Below, one piece after another: positions 7,873-15,645 of a DNA stretch of 26,667 nucleotides; within the stretch, counting starts at the first letter, position 1; every line of letters begins with the position of its first letter. The notes under the pieces are model-generated. The model did not search any database. It saw nothing but the letters and a program-made list of their open reading frames with translations, and was not told where the DNA came from. The translations under genes were made by a program, and so were the position numbers. The DNA is from a virus. Its lineage: Duplodnaviria > Caudoviricetes. The stretch lies in IMG/VR virus record IMGVR_UViG_3300032239_000979, positions 1 to 26,667 of that record. One strand, written 5' to 3'.

Positions 7873-8598
7873 ATGCACTACTACCAATTCAACATTGGTG
7901 ACTATCAGAGCCATACCGCTCACCTGACCGAAACCGAAGACCTTGCATATCGCAGGATGCTGGACTGGTCATATCTCCACGAGAAGCCACTGCCGCCAGA
8001 CCCAACTGATGTTGCCCGGTTAATCCGCATGCGAACGCAAAGCGAAAGCATTGCGACCGTTTTGCAAGAATATTTTCAGCGCACTGATGATGGATGGGTT
8101 TCACCTCGGGTTTTGCAGGAAATTGCCAAGGTGGGCGTGAAATCAGAGAAGGCCGCAGAAAGCGCAAAGGCCCGGTGGTCAAAGGTAAAAGATGCGAACG
8201 CATTGCAAACGCAATCCGAAGGCAATGCTACACATAACACATTACCCAAAACACAAGACACATTACCCAAGAAGAAGACCATCGCTCCGCCTTTCGGCGT
8301 CACGGAATCAGTTTGGCAAGACTGGTTGCAGCTCCGCAAAGCCAAGAAGGCAGCCGTCACCCAGACCGCTGTTGACGGCATAGAGCGCGAAGCGCGAAAG
8401 GCAGGGGTAAGCCTTCAGGTGGCCTTGGAAACCTGCTGTGCGCGTGGCTGGACCGGTTTCAAGGCCGAATGGATGGCCGAGAAGGTGGCTCCATCCCAAA
8501 GAGCTGCGGCCAACATGGCCGAGCTGACAAGAGGAAAAACTGCGCCCAAGACATTTTGGGGACAAACTGCGGAGGTGAAAAATGAACTTTTGCGATGA
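7873..8598 (+). CDS. DUF1376/YdaU-family replication initiator
   Basis: MHYYQFNIGDYQSHTAHL...EDLAYRRMLD and a C-terminal W.DWLQLRKAKKA...RGWTGFKAEW domain; contains iteron-like repeats. Confidence 0.8.
   Translation: MHYYQFNIGDYQSHTAHLTETEDLAYRRMLDWSYLHEKPLPPDPTDVARLIRMRTQSESIATVLQEYFQRTDDGWVSPRVLQEIAKVGVKSEKAAESAKARWSKVKDANALQTQSEGNATHNTLPKTQDTLPKKKTIAPPFGVTESVWQDWLQLRKAKKAAVTQTAVDGIEREARKAGVSLQVALETCCARGWTGFKAEWMAEKVAPSQRAAANMAELTRGKTAPKTFWGQTAEVKNELLR
8029..8270 (+). repeat. Putative replication origin iterons inside the initiator gene
   Basis: 11-bp period repeats ATGCGAACGCA / AAGCGAAAGCA / TTGCGACCGTT (8029-8061) and ATGCGAACGCA / TTGCAAACGCA / ATCCGAAGGCA (8192-8224), then ACACA(TA/AG)ACACATTACCCAA twice (8230-8270). 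Confidence 0.65.
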
Positions 8599-8938
8599 AG
8601 ACACCGGGTTCGATTACGTGTTCACTCGGTTGAATGCGATTTATGGCGCTACTTTTGCCCGGCATTGGGATGGCATTGATCCGCAGATGATTCGGCAGGA
8701 ATGGAAAAAGCAATTAGGTTCTTTCCTGACCTATCGGCCAATCATGGACTACGCCATCGACTGTTGCAGTCCTGACTACCCCCCGAGCGCTTTGAAGTTC
8801 AAAGGGTTGTGCATGAATGGTCCATCAATTCCAAAAAAAGATTCGATCGATTACTCGCCGAAGGTTGGACCGATGCCGCCTGAAATTCGTAAGAAATTTT
8901 TAGAAATGAAATTAAAGTGGAACCATGAGGAGCAATGA
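8582..8938 (+). CDS. Putative lambda P-like helicase loader / replisome protein
   Basis: Follows the initiator. F.RL.AIYG..F...W...W..QL...PPS...F..LC resembles the N-terminus of lambda P-like proteins. Confidence 0.5.
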   Translation: MNFCDEDTGFDYVFTRLNAIYGATFARHWDGIDPQMIRQEWKKQLGSFLTYRPIMDYAIDCCSPDYPPSALKFKGLCMNGPSIPKKDSIDYSPKVGPMPPEIRKKFLEMKLKWNHEEQ

Positions 8939-9213
8939 TGAAAAATGAACCTGATGAAAACAGCTTGAAGTGCAGCGTCCCGCTGTGCAACGCCCAATGG
9001 TCTGTGCGAAGCGGATCACCAAAGTGCAGCTTCCACCAGTGGGGCGTTTGGCCCAGTCAGTATGTTCAACGAGAAACGACCGATGAAGATCGGAACATGA
9101 GCAACGACCCGAAGTGGTGGGCCAAGAAGATCTTGCGTGATCACGAGCGTGGTATCCCGCGCACCCCATTACAAATCAAGTTCGCCAAAGAGGCGTTGCG
9201 GATCAATGTTTGA
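8935..9213 (+). CDS. Hypothetical protein with a possible Zn-binding motif
   Basis: CSVPLC...CSFH; coupled start. Confidence 0.65.
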   Translation: MMKNEPDENSLKCSVPLCNAQWSVRSGSPKCSFHQWGVWPSQYVQRETTDEDRNMSNDPKWWAKKILRDHERGIPRTPLQIKFAKEALRINV

Positions 9214-9382
9214 TCCAGAAGCAATTCGTGCCCGAGTGTTTGCTGACCATGTTCGACTCTGCAAAGAACCGGCGTGGAAGGCATGGGCTTGGGACGAAGT
9301 GAAGCGCTTGGACGAGGAAGAGCTGTTCAAGGGCATCAAAAATCATGTACTCAATGAAATGAAAAAACAATCACAAAAGTGA
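9206..9382 (+). CDS. Hypothetical protein (58 aa)
   Basis: ATG 9206 overlaps the previous gene end; MFDPEAIRARVF... Confidence 0.6.
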   Translation: MFDPEAIRARVFADHVRLCKEPAWKAWAWDEVKRLDEEELFKGIKNHVLNEMKKQSQK

Positions 9383-9657
9383 GAATGAATATGAACATTG
9401 ATGAACTTGAAGCGCAATTAAAAAAAGCTAAAACCGACCGAAAAAAAGCTGATGCTGATCGAATAAAAATTGCAAAACATCAAGCCAAAATTACCAAAAA
9501 TTTGAAAAATGCAAAAACAAACGAAGATTTTCAAAAAGCCATTTTGGAACGCAAAAAAGCCAATGCTGATTGGGTTAAAGCCGCCAATGATTGGTATAGA
9601 GCCGATTGTGAACGCAATCGGGTAGACATACTTTTATGGAAGTTGATTAAAAAATGA
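9379..9657 (+). CDS. Hypothetical coiled-coil protein; AT-rich
   Basis: K/A-rich heptad pattern; overlaps both neighbours. Confidence 0.6.
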   Translation: MRMNMNIDELEAQLKKAKTDRKKADADRIKIAKHQAKITKNLKNAKTNEDFQKAILERKKANADWVKAANDWYRADCERNRVDILLWKLIKK

Positions 9658-9911
9658 GCAAACCAGAACTGAGCCCACTAGCCCGCCAAATTCTTGGCCA
9701 CAGCGGCACGATGCAGATGTACACGCAAAAGGAATTCGATCAAGCGCTGGAAGAAGCCAAGGCCGAGATCATGGTGTTTGCAATTGATGCCGCCCGGCAG
9801 GCGGTGGACATTGAGAACGCCGCATGCGCCAAGTTGGCCGAAGAATGCGTGGATATCGAGAAGCTGGCCGACCAGATCCGCGCCCGTCGCGCAAAAGGTC
9901 CAGTTCAATGA
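9654..9911 (+). CDS. Hypothetical protein
   Basis: 85 aa, ATGA coupling, E..ACAKLAE...ADQIRAR motif common in phage accessory proteins. Confidence 0.7.
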   Translation: MSKPELSPLARQILGHSGTMQMYTQKEFDQALEEAKAEIMVFAIDAARQAVDIENAACAKLAEECVDIEKLADQIRARRAKGPVQ

Positions 9912-10258
9912 TGCCCTTGCAAGTCACCTTGCCGTGGCCACCATCGGTCAATATGTATTGGCGCACCGTCAGCGGTCGGATAATTGTTTCTGCCTATGGC
10001 CGGGCATACCGCAAGGCAGTGGCCGACCAGATTTTGATACAGCGTGCCCAGAAGCATTTTGATGGACCGCTACGGCTTACGGTGGAGGCGCACCGCCCAG
10101 ATAACCGCAGGCGCGACCTCGACAATTTGCTGAAGGCCACGCTGGACTCGTTGGCTCATGCCGGGGTGTACGAGGATGACTCGCAAATACAAGACCTGCG
10201 AATCTATTGGGCAGCCGACATTGGAGGCATGCTGAAGATAACCATTGAGGAGGCGTGA
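9908..10258 (+). CDS. rusA: RusA Holliday junction resolvase
   Basis: LPWPPSVNMYWR, PDNRRRDLDNLLKATLDSL, DDSQI. Confidence 0.92.
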   Translation: MMPLQVTLPWPPSVNMYWRTVSGRIIVSAYGRAYRKAVADQILIQRAQKHFDGPLRLTVEAHRPDNRRRDLDNLLKATLDSLAHAGVYEDDSQIQDLRIYWAADIGGMLKITIEEA

Positions 10259-10659
10259 TGATCCTGATGTTGTACAACCCCCAGCAAGCTGCGACGGTGA
10301 TGCGAGACCTGTGGCCTAAAGTCAAAGATGGGCTGCAGGCCGGTAAAAAGATGCGCTTGGAAATCAAACAAGCCCGGCGCAGCACCGAGCAGAACGACAT
10401 GTTCCATGCCATCATCAGCACCATCTCGAAGAGGATGGCCGAGGCTGGGTCGAAGTGGACCGCCGATGACTGGAAGCGCTTACTGATTGACCAGTGGGCG
10501 CATGAGACCGACCGCAAGATTGGCAAGGTCGCGCCCAGCCTTGATGGGGAGCGGGTTGTGCAGCTCGGCTTGCAAAGCCACAAGTTCACTGTGGAAGAGT
10601 CATCGGAGTTCATCGACTGGTTGATGGCATGGGCGACCGACAAAGGCATTGACGTATGA
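10255..10659 (+). CDS. ninB: NinB/Orf family recombination protein
   Basis: RRSTEQN..FHAII, WKRLL, KFTVEESSEFIDWLMAWA. Confidence 0.8.
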   Translation: MMILMLYNPQQAATVMRDLWPKVKDGLQAGKKMRLEIKQARRSTEQNDMFHAIISTISKRMAEAGSKWTADDWKRLLIDQWAHETDRKIGKVAPSLDGERVVQLGLQSHKFTVEESSEFIDWLMAWATDKGIDV

Positions 10660-10961
10660 CAACCATCGCCGAGCGCAAGCACATGGCGTTGGTGGCCGAG
10701 CTGGGCTGCGCCGTGTGCCGACGCATCGGATACGAGGGAACCCCGGCAGAGCTGCACCATCCCCGCGAGGGGACCGGCGGTGGCCGCAGGGCCAGCCACA
10801 TGGATGTGATCCCACTTTGCCCTGAGCACCACCGGGGCAAGACCGGCGTCCATGGGCTGGGCACAAAGGGTTTCCCCAAGCATTGGGGCTTTGGGGAAAC
10901 CGAGCTGCTGGAGGACACCAGAACAGAATTAAAAAAGCTAATCGACTTGAGTATTCGATAG
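10656..10961 (+). CDS. Ref-family recombination enhancement (HNH-type) nuclease
   Basis: LGCAVC...AELHH...VIPLCPEHHRG..GVH. Confidence 0.8.
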   Translation: MTTIAERKHMALVAELGCAVCRRIGYEGTPAELHHPREGTGGGRRASHMDVIPLCPEHHRGKTGVHGLGTKGFPKHWGFGETELLEDTRTELKKLIDLSIR

Positions 10962-11000
10962 AAAAAATTGTGAAAAATTTTTCGGCGGCATGATTTTTTG

Positions 11001-11019
11001 TGTAATTCGGCGTTACAAT
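11001..11019 (+). promoter_or_regulatory. Putative promoter/operator
   Basis: TGTAA-N7-TTACA inverted repeat overlapping a TACAAT -10; AT-rich upstream with the palindrome GAAAAATTTTTC (10972-10983). Confidence 0.55.
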
Positions 11020-11075
11020 TTCCTCACTGACCAAGCAAACGGTTTGCAAGGCAGGCAACAACGAAGGATAGTGAA

Positions 11076-11381
11076 ATGAACGCAATGACCGACATGACCG
11101 TAATCGCAGCCAGCGAAGTAGATCAACTGGGCTACCTGCTTGCCCAGATCGCTGAGTTGACCAAGCAAGCCGATGCCATCAAGGACGGCATCAAAGACGC
11201 CGCCAGCATGGGCGGTGACAAAGTTGTTGAGGGTGACTTGTTCAAAGCTACGTACATGGAATCCAACCGCTCCACCGTTGACCACAAAGCCCTCTACGCA
11301 GCGCTCGGCATCACTGCTGACCAAGTGGCCAAGTACACCAAGACCACTGCCGTGTTCACGGTCAAGGTCACTGCACGCTAA
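11076..11381 (+). CDS. Hypothetical protein
   Basis: 101 aa, AAGGA RBS, strong codon bias. Confidence 0.8.
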   Translation: MNAMTDMTVIAASEVDQLGYLLAQIAELTKQADAIKDGIKDAASMGGDKVVEGDLFKATYMESNRSTVDHKALYAALGITADQVAKYTKTTAVFTVKVTAR

Positions 11382-11392
11382 TTGGAGCCGCC

Positions 11393-11578
11393 ATGAAAAC
11401 TGCACACATCAACGCAATCGTGGTCTACGGCATGGACGGTAAAGAAAAAGATGTCATTGAGCTGACCGACGAAGAGGTCAATGCGCTAGAGCGCGCCATG
11501 CAATGGCCGGAAGATCTTGCCAAATGGGACCGGATCAACCGTGTGATTAACGGCTATGAGATGGGATCACCAATTTAA
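11393..11578 (+). CDS. Hypothetical protein
   Basis: 61 aa, GGAG RBS. Confidence 0.7.
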   Translation: MKTAHINAIVVYGMDGKEKDVIELTDEEVNALERAMQWPEDLAKWDRINRVINGYEMGSPI

Positions 11579-11583
11579 TCAAC

Positions 11584-11605
11584 GGGGCTCCGGCCCCATC
11601 TCTTT
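11584..11605 (+). terminator. Possible terminator or stable hairpin
   Basis: GGGGC-TCCG-GCCCC (cUNCGg loop) with a weak T tail (ATCTCTTT). Confidence 0.45.
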
Positions 11606-11637
11606 ACACAATCTTTACAAAGCAGAACGGTATTTAC

Positions 11638-11656
11638 TTTAACTTCGAGTAATAAT
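11638..11656 (+). promoter_or_regulatory. Putative promoter/operator
   Basis: TTTAACTTCGAGTAATAAT, similar to the sites at 11001 and 15522. Confidence 0.45.
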
Positions 11657-11691
11657 AAAGCCATCAGCAACCAACCAACTAGGACCTAAAA

Positions 11692-12000
11692 ATGAACTAT
11701 GCGAATCACTACAGCTACAGCGACGTTACCCCTTACGAGGTGGTCCGTGTCATCAGCGATAAGACCATCGAAGTGCGCGAGATGGATGCCGAGCGCGATG
11801 ACAGCGTGAAGCTGGAATTTCATGTCGGCGGCTTTGCTGCCCACTGCTCCAATCAATGCGACCAGCGCTGGAACATTGCCAGCAACCCAACCAATCAAGT
11901 CCTGCGCATCCGCTTTGGCAAGCAGGGTTGGAAGGATGCGCATGGCCGTAAATTCCGCTTGAACGACAAGCCCGTCAAGTTCTATGACTACAACTTCTGA
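11692..12000 (+). CDS. Hypothetical phage protein
   Basis: 102 aa, AGGA RBS, YSDVTPYEVVRV...FYDYNF. Confidence 0.8.
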   Translation: MNYANHYSYSDVTPYEVVRVISDKTIEVREMDAERDDSVKLEFHVGGFAAHCSNQCDQRWNIASNPTNQVLRIRFGKQGWKDAHGRKFRLNDKPVKFYDYNF

Positions 12001-12010
12001 GGAGCAGACC

Positions 12011-12196
12011 ATGGACGAATTAGAGTTTTACATCAAGGGGAAGGAGCTGGACTCCCCCCACATCTTCATCAATCCATGCGATGCAGGTGTGTGGCTTTCA
12101 CTCAGCCGCCCCGGAGCAAACTGCTATGCCGAATTCACCCGTGAACAGGCCAAGCAAATGATTGACGCCCTGACCACGATTTTGGAGAAAACGTAA
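12011..12196 (+). CDS. Hypothetical protein (61 aa)
   Basis: GAGGAG RBS before ATG 12011. Confidence 0.7.
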   Translation: MDELEFYIKGKELDSPHIFINPCDAGVWLSLSRPGANCYAEFTREQAKQMIDALTTILEKT

Positions 12197-12516
12197 TGCC
12201 ACAAATGCACATTGACCACATCATCATCAACACGGCAACCCAAGCATACGAATGCCAGCACTGCGGTGCTACGCAATCCCCGCCGAAGATGCCTGTACCC
12301 ATTGATGATCTGCTTGACCACATGGATATGTTCAGCGCTGCTCACAAGGACTGCAAGGCACCCGTTGAGGCATCCACGCCGCCGACCGAGTACGAGCAGG
12401 GCTTTGAGGCGGGCTATTCCTTCGTTGTAGCCGCGATTGAGAGCCAGTTGGACCTACCCCCTTACGACGAGCACACGGCGATCCTAGAGCGCCTTTTGGA
12501 CTACTTGAGGCACTAA
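12196..12516 (+). CDS. Hypothetical protein with a possible Zn finger
   Basis: CQHC...HKDC; TAATG coupling. Confidence 0.7.
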   Translation: MPQMHIDHIIINTATQAYECQHCGATQSPPKMPVPIDDLLDHMDMFSAAHKDCKAPVEASTPPTEYEQGFEAGYSFVVAAIESQLDLPPYDEHTAILERLLDYLRH

Positions 12517-12518
12517 TC

Positions 12519-12668
12519 ATGGTCAAGACTACCTACAACCCAAAATACACCCCTGAACTTGACTGGGAGGCATGCCTTGATGGCTACGAACCCGGTGATC
12601 CGCTTGGGCTCGGCTCCACTGAGCAAGCAGCCATTGAAGATTTGATGTCCAAAATGGAGGATGCATGA
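12519..12668 (+). CDS. Small acidic hypothetical protein (49 aa; not in the ORF track)
   Basis: GAGG RBS; MVKTTYNPKYTPELDWEACLDGYEPGDPLGLGSTEQAAIEDLMSKMEDA; fills the gap and is coupled to the next gene. Confidence 0.7.
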   Translation: MVKTTYNPKYTPELDWEACLDGYEPGDPLGLGSTEQAAIEDLMSKMEDA

Positions 12669-12919
12669 TTGAAGCACGCCGTATATTTTTTCCAGTGACC
12701 TATGACGATGTCCCAAGATGCTTTGCAGTTGAAGAGTTTGTGGAATGGAAGATGCTAGCCAAGTTAGCCGGTGAGATGTCCACCATCTGCGATGACTGCA
12801 CTATGGAATATCAGAACAAGATGATCCGGGCTGGGACCTGCCGCAAGGATTCGTGGCAGACGCTGAAATTTGGCAAGCGGGCTGCTAAATATGCAGCAAG
12901 GGATGGATACTTGATATGA
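12665..12919 (+). CDS. Hypothetical 4-Cys protein
   Basis: GGAGG RBS; C...CDDC...C. Confidence 0.7.
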   Translation: MIEARRIFFPVTYDDVPRCFAVEEFVEWKMLAKLAGEMSTICDDCTMEYQNKMIRAGTCRKDSWQTLKFGKRAAKYAARDGYLI

Positions 12920-13053
12920 GATACATCGCCGACCTGTTTGCCCTCATTGGGCTTGTATGCACCATCCTTGTGGTGGGGTTCTACATGGGCTACGCCACCT
13001 ATCAACCCAAGTGCCACACCGTGGCATCCATGTTCACCAAGGAGTGCAAATGA
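12916..13053 (+). CDS. Small membrane protein (45 aa; not in the ORF track)
   Basis: MRYIADLFALIGLVCTILVVGFYMGYATYQPKCHTVASMFTKECK; ATGA overlaps at both ends. Confidence 0.65.
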   Translation: MRYIADLFALIGLVCTILVVGFYMGYATYQPKCHTVASMFTKECK

Positions 13054-13229
13054 CCGAAGACCAAAAGTGGCAGGTTATGAGCGCCCTGATACCGCCAGCG
13101 TGTTTGGCCGCAATCATCATAAGGATGATGGACGGAACCATCAGCAGAGCGGGCGCGTTAATCGTGTTCGACACCATCTACGAGCAAAACAAGGCCAAAT
13201 TGTCCGCAGCAATTGAGGAGCAGATATGA
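13050..13229 (+). CDS. Hypothetical protein (59 aa)
   Basis: AAGGAG RBS before ATG 13050. Confidence 0.65.
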   Translation: MTEDQKWQVMSALIPPACLAAIIIRMMDGTISRAGALIVFDTIYEQNKAKLSAAIEEQI

Positions 13230-13708
13230 AAATGGACAATGAAATCTTAAATTTGCCTATATCAACGCGTTGCTATTACGCTTTATATCGAAACGACATT
13301 CAAAATTTGGCCGAACTCACCAAAATGTCAAAACGCGATTTATTGAAATTGCCCACCTTTGGTAAAAAGTGTTTAGAAGAAATTGTTGAAGCATTGGGAG
13401 AAATAGGACTTTCACTCAGTCCGGGCCCCGAAGACAAAAAGCAATGGGAAGAATTAGGCGAACGCGTTAATAAACAAGTGAAAGGATTTTTGGCCATGAA
13501 AGAAGACACCACACCCATCGACCCAACATGGATGCAAAAGACCGGCGGCTTTGCCCGCGACATGACCTTGCGTGACCACTACGCTGGGCTGGCTTTGCAG
13601 GCGTATTGTTCAGATCCCGATTGGCGGCAAGACATGATGCCGGATGCAACCGCCCGTGCTGCATATGCACAAGCAGACGCAATGCTGAAAGCAAGGGAGG
13701 CAAAATGA
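13226..13708 (+). CDS. RNA polymerase alpha-CTD-like domain fused to a MTLRD..A...ADAML phage domain
   Basis: LPISTRCYYALYRNDI....EL.....DLLKLPTFGKKCLEEIVEAL...GLSL matches the alpha-CTD pattern (LTVRSANCL...LLKTPNLGKKSLTEI). Confidence 0.8.
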   Translation: MKMDNEILNLPISTRCYYALYRNDIQNLAELTKMSKRDLLKLPTFGKKCLEEIVEALGEIGLSLSPGPEDKKQWEELGERVNKQVKGFLAMKEDTTPIDPTWMQKTGGFARDMTLRDHYAGLALQAYCSDPDWRQDMMPDATARAAYAQADAMLKAREAK

Positions 13709-13884
13709 CCACCAACATTCACGCCATCCTTAATCCAGTTTCATACAAAATGTGGGAGCCTCCATCACCTGTTGGTTACTGGATTCTGTACGCGCAAGCA
13801 AACCCGCACACGAGTTTTGCTATGTACCACAAGCCAACACCTGAGCAGATTGAGAACACAACCAAGCTGCTAGGCTGGACATGA
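13705..13884 (+). CDS. Hypothetical protein (59 aa)
   Basis: GGAGG RBS, ATGA overlap. Confidence 0.65.
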   Translation: MTTNIHAILNPVSYKMWEPPSPVGYWILYAQANPHTSFAMYHKPTPEQIENTTKLLGWT

Positions 13885-14129
13885 AAGGATGCGGAATGAA
13901 CTTTGAAGAAAAAAATATTATGGAGGCATACACACGGGGTGCGTTTCACGCCCGCACCATCTGCATTGAAATGGTGATGGAGGGAACTGAAGAACCCGTG
14001 CAGACAGCTACCCTTGAGGCTTTAGAGCGTGACCGCATACGCATTGCCAAGTTGATTGCGGGGGATGACGTGTACCTGCGTAATTTGGTTGACTCCTACA
14101 CGATGGCAAGCGAGGAGAACAAGGTATGA
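13881..14129 (+). CDS. Hypothetical protein
   Basis: 82 aa; alternative start at 13896 after AAGGA. Confidence 0.65.
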   Translation: MKGCGMNFEEKNIMEAYTRGAFHARTICIEMVMEGTEEPVQTATLEALERDRIRIAKLIAGDDVYLRNLVDSYTMASEENKV

Positions 14130-14257
14130 ACGACGACGATGACACTGACGCTGGTGGTGACTTCTTCATCGACTTGATGAAGACCATCATCGCCATTTTT
14201 TGCTTTGTGATGTTTGTCTCAGTGATATGCAGCGTTGTATGGTGGGCCATCACATGA
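14126..14257 (+). CDS. Small membrane protein with an acidic N-terminus (43 aa; not in the ORF track)
   Basis: GAGGAG RBS; MNDDDDTDAGGDFFIDLMKTIIAIFCFVMFVSVICSVVWWAIT. Confidence 0.65.
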   Translation: MNDDDDTDAGGDFFIDLMKTIIAIFCFVMFVSVICSVVWWAIT

Positions 14258-14466
14258 TCCAAATCATCTACATCCCGGTCCTGTTTGTGTGCATGAACGG
14301 CCACTGCGATTTCGTGCAGGCCATGCGGTACTACACCCGCGAAGCTGAATGCCGGGCCGCACTCGATGACCAGAAAGAAAACTTGCGCAAGATGGCTTTG
14401 AAGGGCAATCAGATGGTCACCCAACTTGAAGGCACTTGCATCACACTAAAGAATGGAATGCTATGA
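14254..14466 (+). CDS. Hypothetical 4-Cys protein (70 aa)
   Basis: ATGA coupling; hydrophobic N-terminus followed by C....C...EC...C. Confidence 0.65.
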   Translation: MIQIIYIPVLFVCMNGHCDFVQAMRYYTREAECRAALDDQKENLRKMALKGNQMVTQLEGTCITLKNGML

Positions 14467-15116
14467 AGACACCAGAGGATGAAGCGTTTGAGGACATCGA
14501 GCGCAGACAAGGCGGCGGATTTCCCGCTAAGAGGGCTATGGCTGCGGACAAGTTGCACTGGTCAGACTGTGCGGTACACAACGGGCCAGCATACCCTGCG
14601 GGGCCATGTGATTGCGGTGTAGCGCAGGAGCCTGTAAATTTGTTAGAGGCCAGAAGAATTGCTGCTGAATACGGGACGCTAGATTCTCAAGTTGACAATG
14701 GCAACTTGTATTTTGCTTTACGCAAATGCTTAGAGCATATTGATGCGCAGCTAGCGCAGCAGTCGACAAAAGAATTGCAGTGTCAAGAGCTTGAGATATG
14801 GGCTAATTCTGTGTGGGAGGCAAGGGCCACCCCATCCCTGCCAGCGCAGGAACCAATAGCATATGTGACGGGAACTTATAACGGTAGGTTTGTAGTTGCG
14901 CCGTTAAACCCTGCAATGGTTTTGCCGGTTGGCATGGCGTTTTACACCACCCCACCAAAGCGCGAATGGGTAGGGTTGACGGATGCAGATATTGAGCGCA
15001 TCAAATTGATGACCTACGAAAAAGAAACCAATGCTGATGGAGAAGAACAAGAGGCAGTAAACATTGATTGGCTTATCAAAACCGCCGAGCATTTTTGCAA
15101 GGAGAAGAACACATGA
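14463..15116 (+). CDS. Mosaic phage accessory protein (QEPVA-type modules)
   Basis: HWSDCAVHN..AYPAGPCDCG metal-binding motif, AQEPV / AQEPIAY linkers and a PPKREWVGLTD.DI module. Confidence 0.7.
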   Translation: MKTPEDEAFEDIERRQGGGFPAKRAMAADKLHWSDCAVHNGPAYPAGPCDCGVAQEPVNLLEARRIAAEYGTLDSQVDNGNLYFALRKCLEHIDAQLAQQSTKELQCQELEIWANSVWEARATPSLPAQEPIAYVTGTYNGRFVVAPLNPAMVLPVGMAFYTTPPKREWVGLTDADIERIKLMTYEKETNADGEEQEAVNIDWLIKTAEHFCKEKNT

Positions 15117-15274
15117 CTAAAGTAGAAGCCCTGAACGTCATCAAATTATTGAGCGCATTGGAATCGTGGGCATTTAGCCAGCCCGACAGCAGAAGGCTTC
15201 CCGACTATCTGGTGGAAGACATTGCCAATGCCATGAAAGTGCTCGAACGTATTGTTTTGGAGAAAAACACATGA
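15113..15274 (+). CDS. Hypothetical protein (53 aa)
   Basis: AAGGAG RBS, ATGA overlap. Confidence 0.65.
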   Translation: MTKVEALNVIKLLSALESWAFSQPDSRRLPDYLVEDIANAMKVLERIVLEKNT

Positions 15275-15295
15275 TCAACAACAAAGGAAACTGAT

Positions 15296-15526
15296 ATGGC
15301 CACCACAAAGAAAACCACAAAGGTTTTGCCTGAGATACCGGTACAGCCAGTAAAAACCGATAAGGTTTACAACATGCCAGCCGAGGTCTCAAACTGGATC
15401 GACAACGCCATGAGCCGCATCCAGCACTTGACCAGCACCGTGGAGCGCCAGAAGGAGGAGATTCGGACCCTTAAAATTGCGAACAGGGCTATGGAGCGCC
15501 GGGTGATGGGCACATCGCAGGAATAA
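15296..15526 (+). CDS. Hypothetical coiled-coil protein
   Basis: 76 aa, AAGGA RBS. Confidence 0.7.
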   Translation: MATTKKTTKVLPEIPVQPVKTDKVYNMPAEVSNWIDNAMSRIQHLTSTVERQKEEIRTLKIANRAMERRVMGTSQE

Positions 15527-15540
15527 CTTCGTATTATAAT
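15522..15540 (+). promoter_or_regulatory. Promoter/operator with a consensus -10, upstream of the ncRNA and terS
   Basis: AATAACTTCGTATTATAAT with TATAAT at 15535-15540. Confidence 0.6.
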
Positions 15541-15546
15541 ACCCGC

Positions 15547-15645
15547 GCCCCTGAAAAATGGGGCTAACACGCATGAGGATTGGTTTCGGCATGTTGCTGT
15601 GATAGACGGAGCCGCAAGAAAAAGCCAGTCTTCAGCCGTGTTGGT
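15547..15645 (+). ncRNA. boxB-like hairpin plus a long irregular stem-loop
   Basis: GCCCC-TGAAAAAT-GGGGC, then GCTAACACGCATGAGGATTGGTT pairing with AGCCAGTCTTCAGCCGTGTTGGT with a 2x2 internal loop. Confidence 0.6.

Noticed and set aside
15523-15534. ATAACTTCGTAT matches 12 of 13 nt of a loxP arm
   Set aside because: There is no second inverted arm and no Cre-like gene. It is better explained as part of the shared promoter/operator motif.
15547-15564. CTGAAAA as a split tRNA-Phe anticodon loop
   Set aside because: Stem geometry gives an 8-nt loop, and the same loop recurs at 24938-24976 with no tRNA context.
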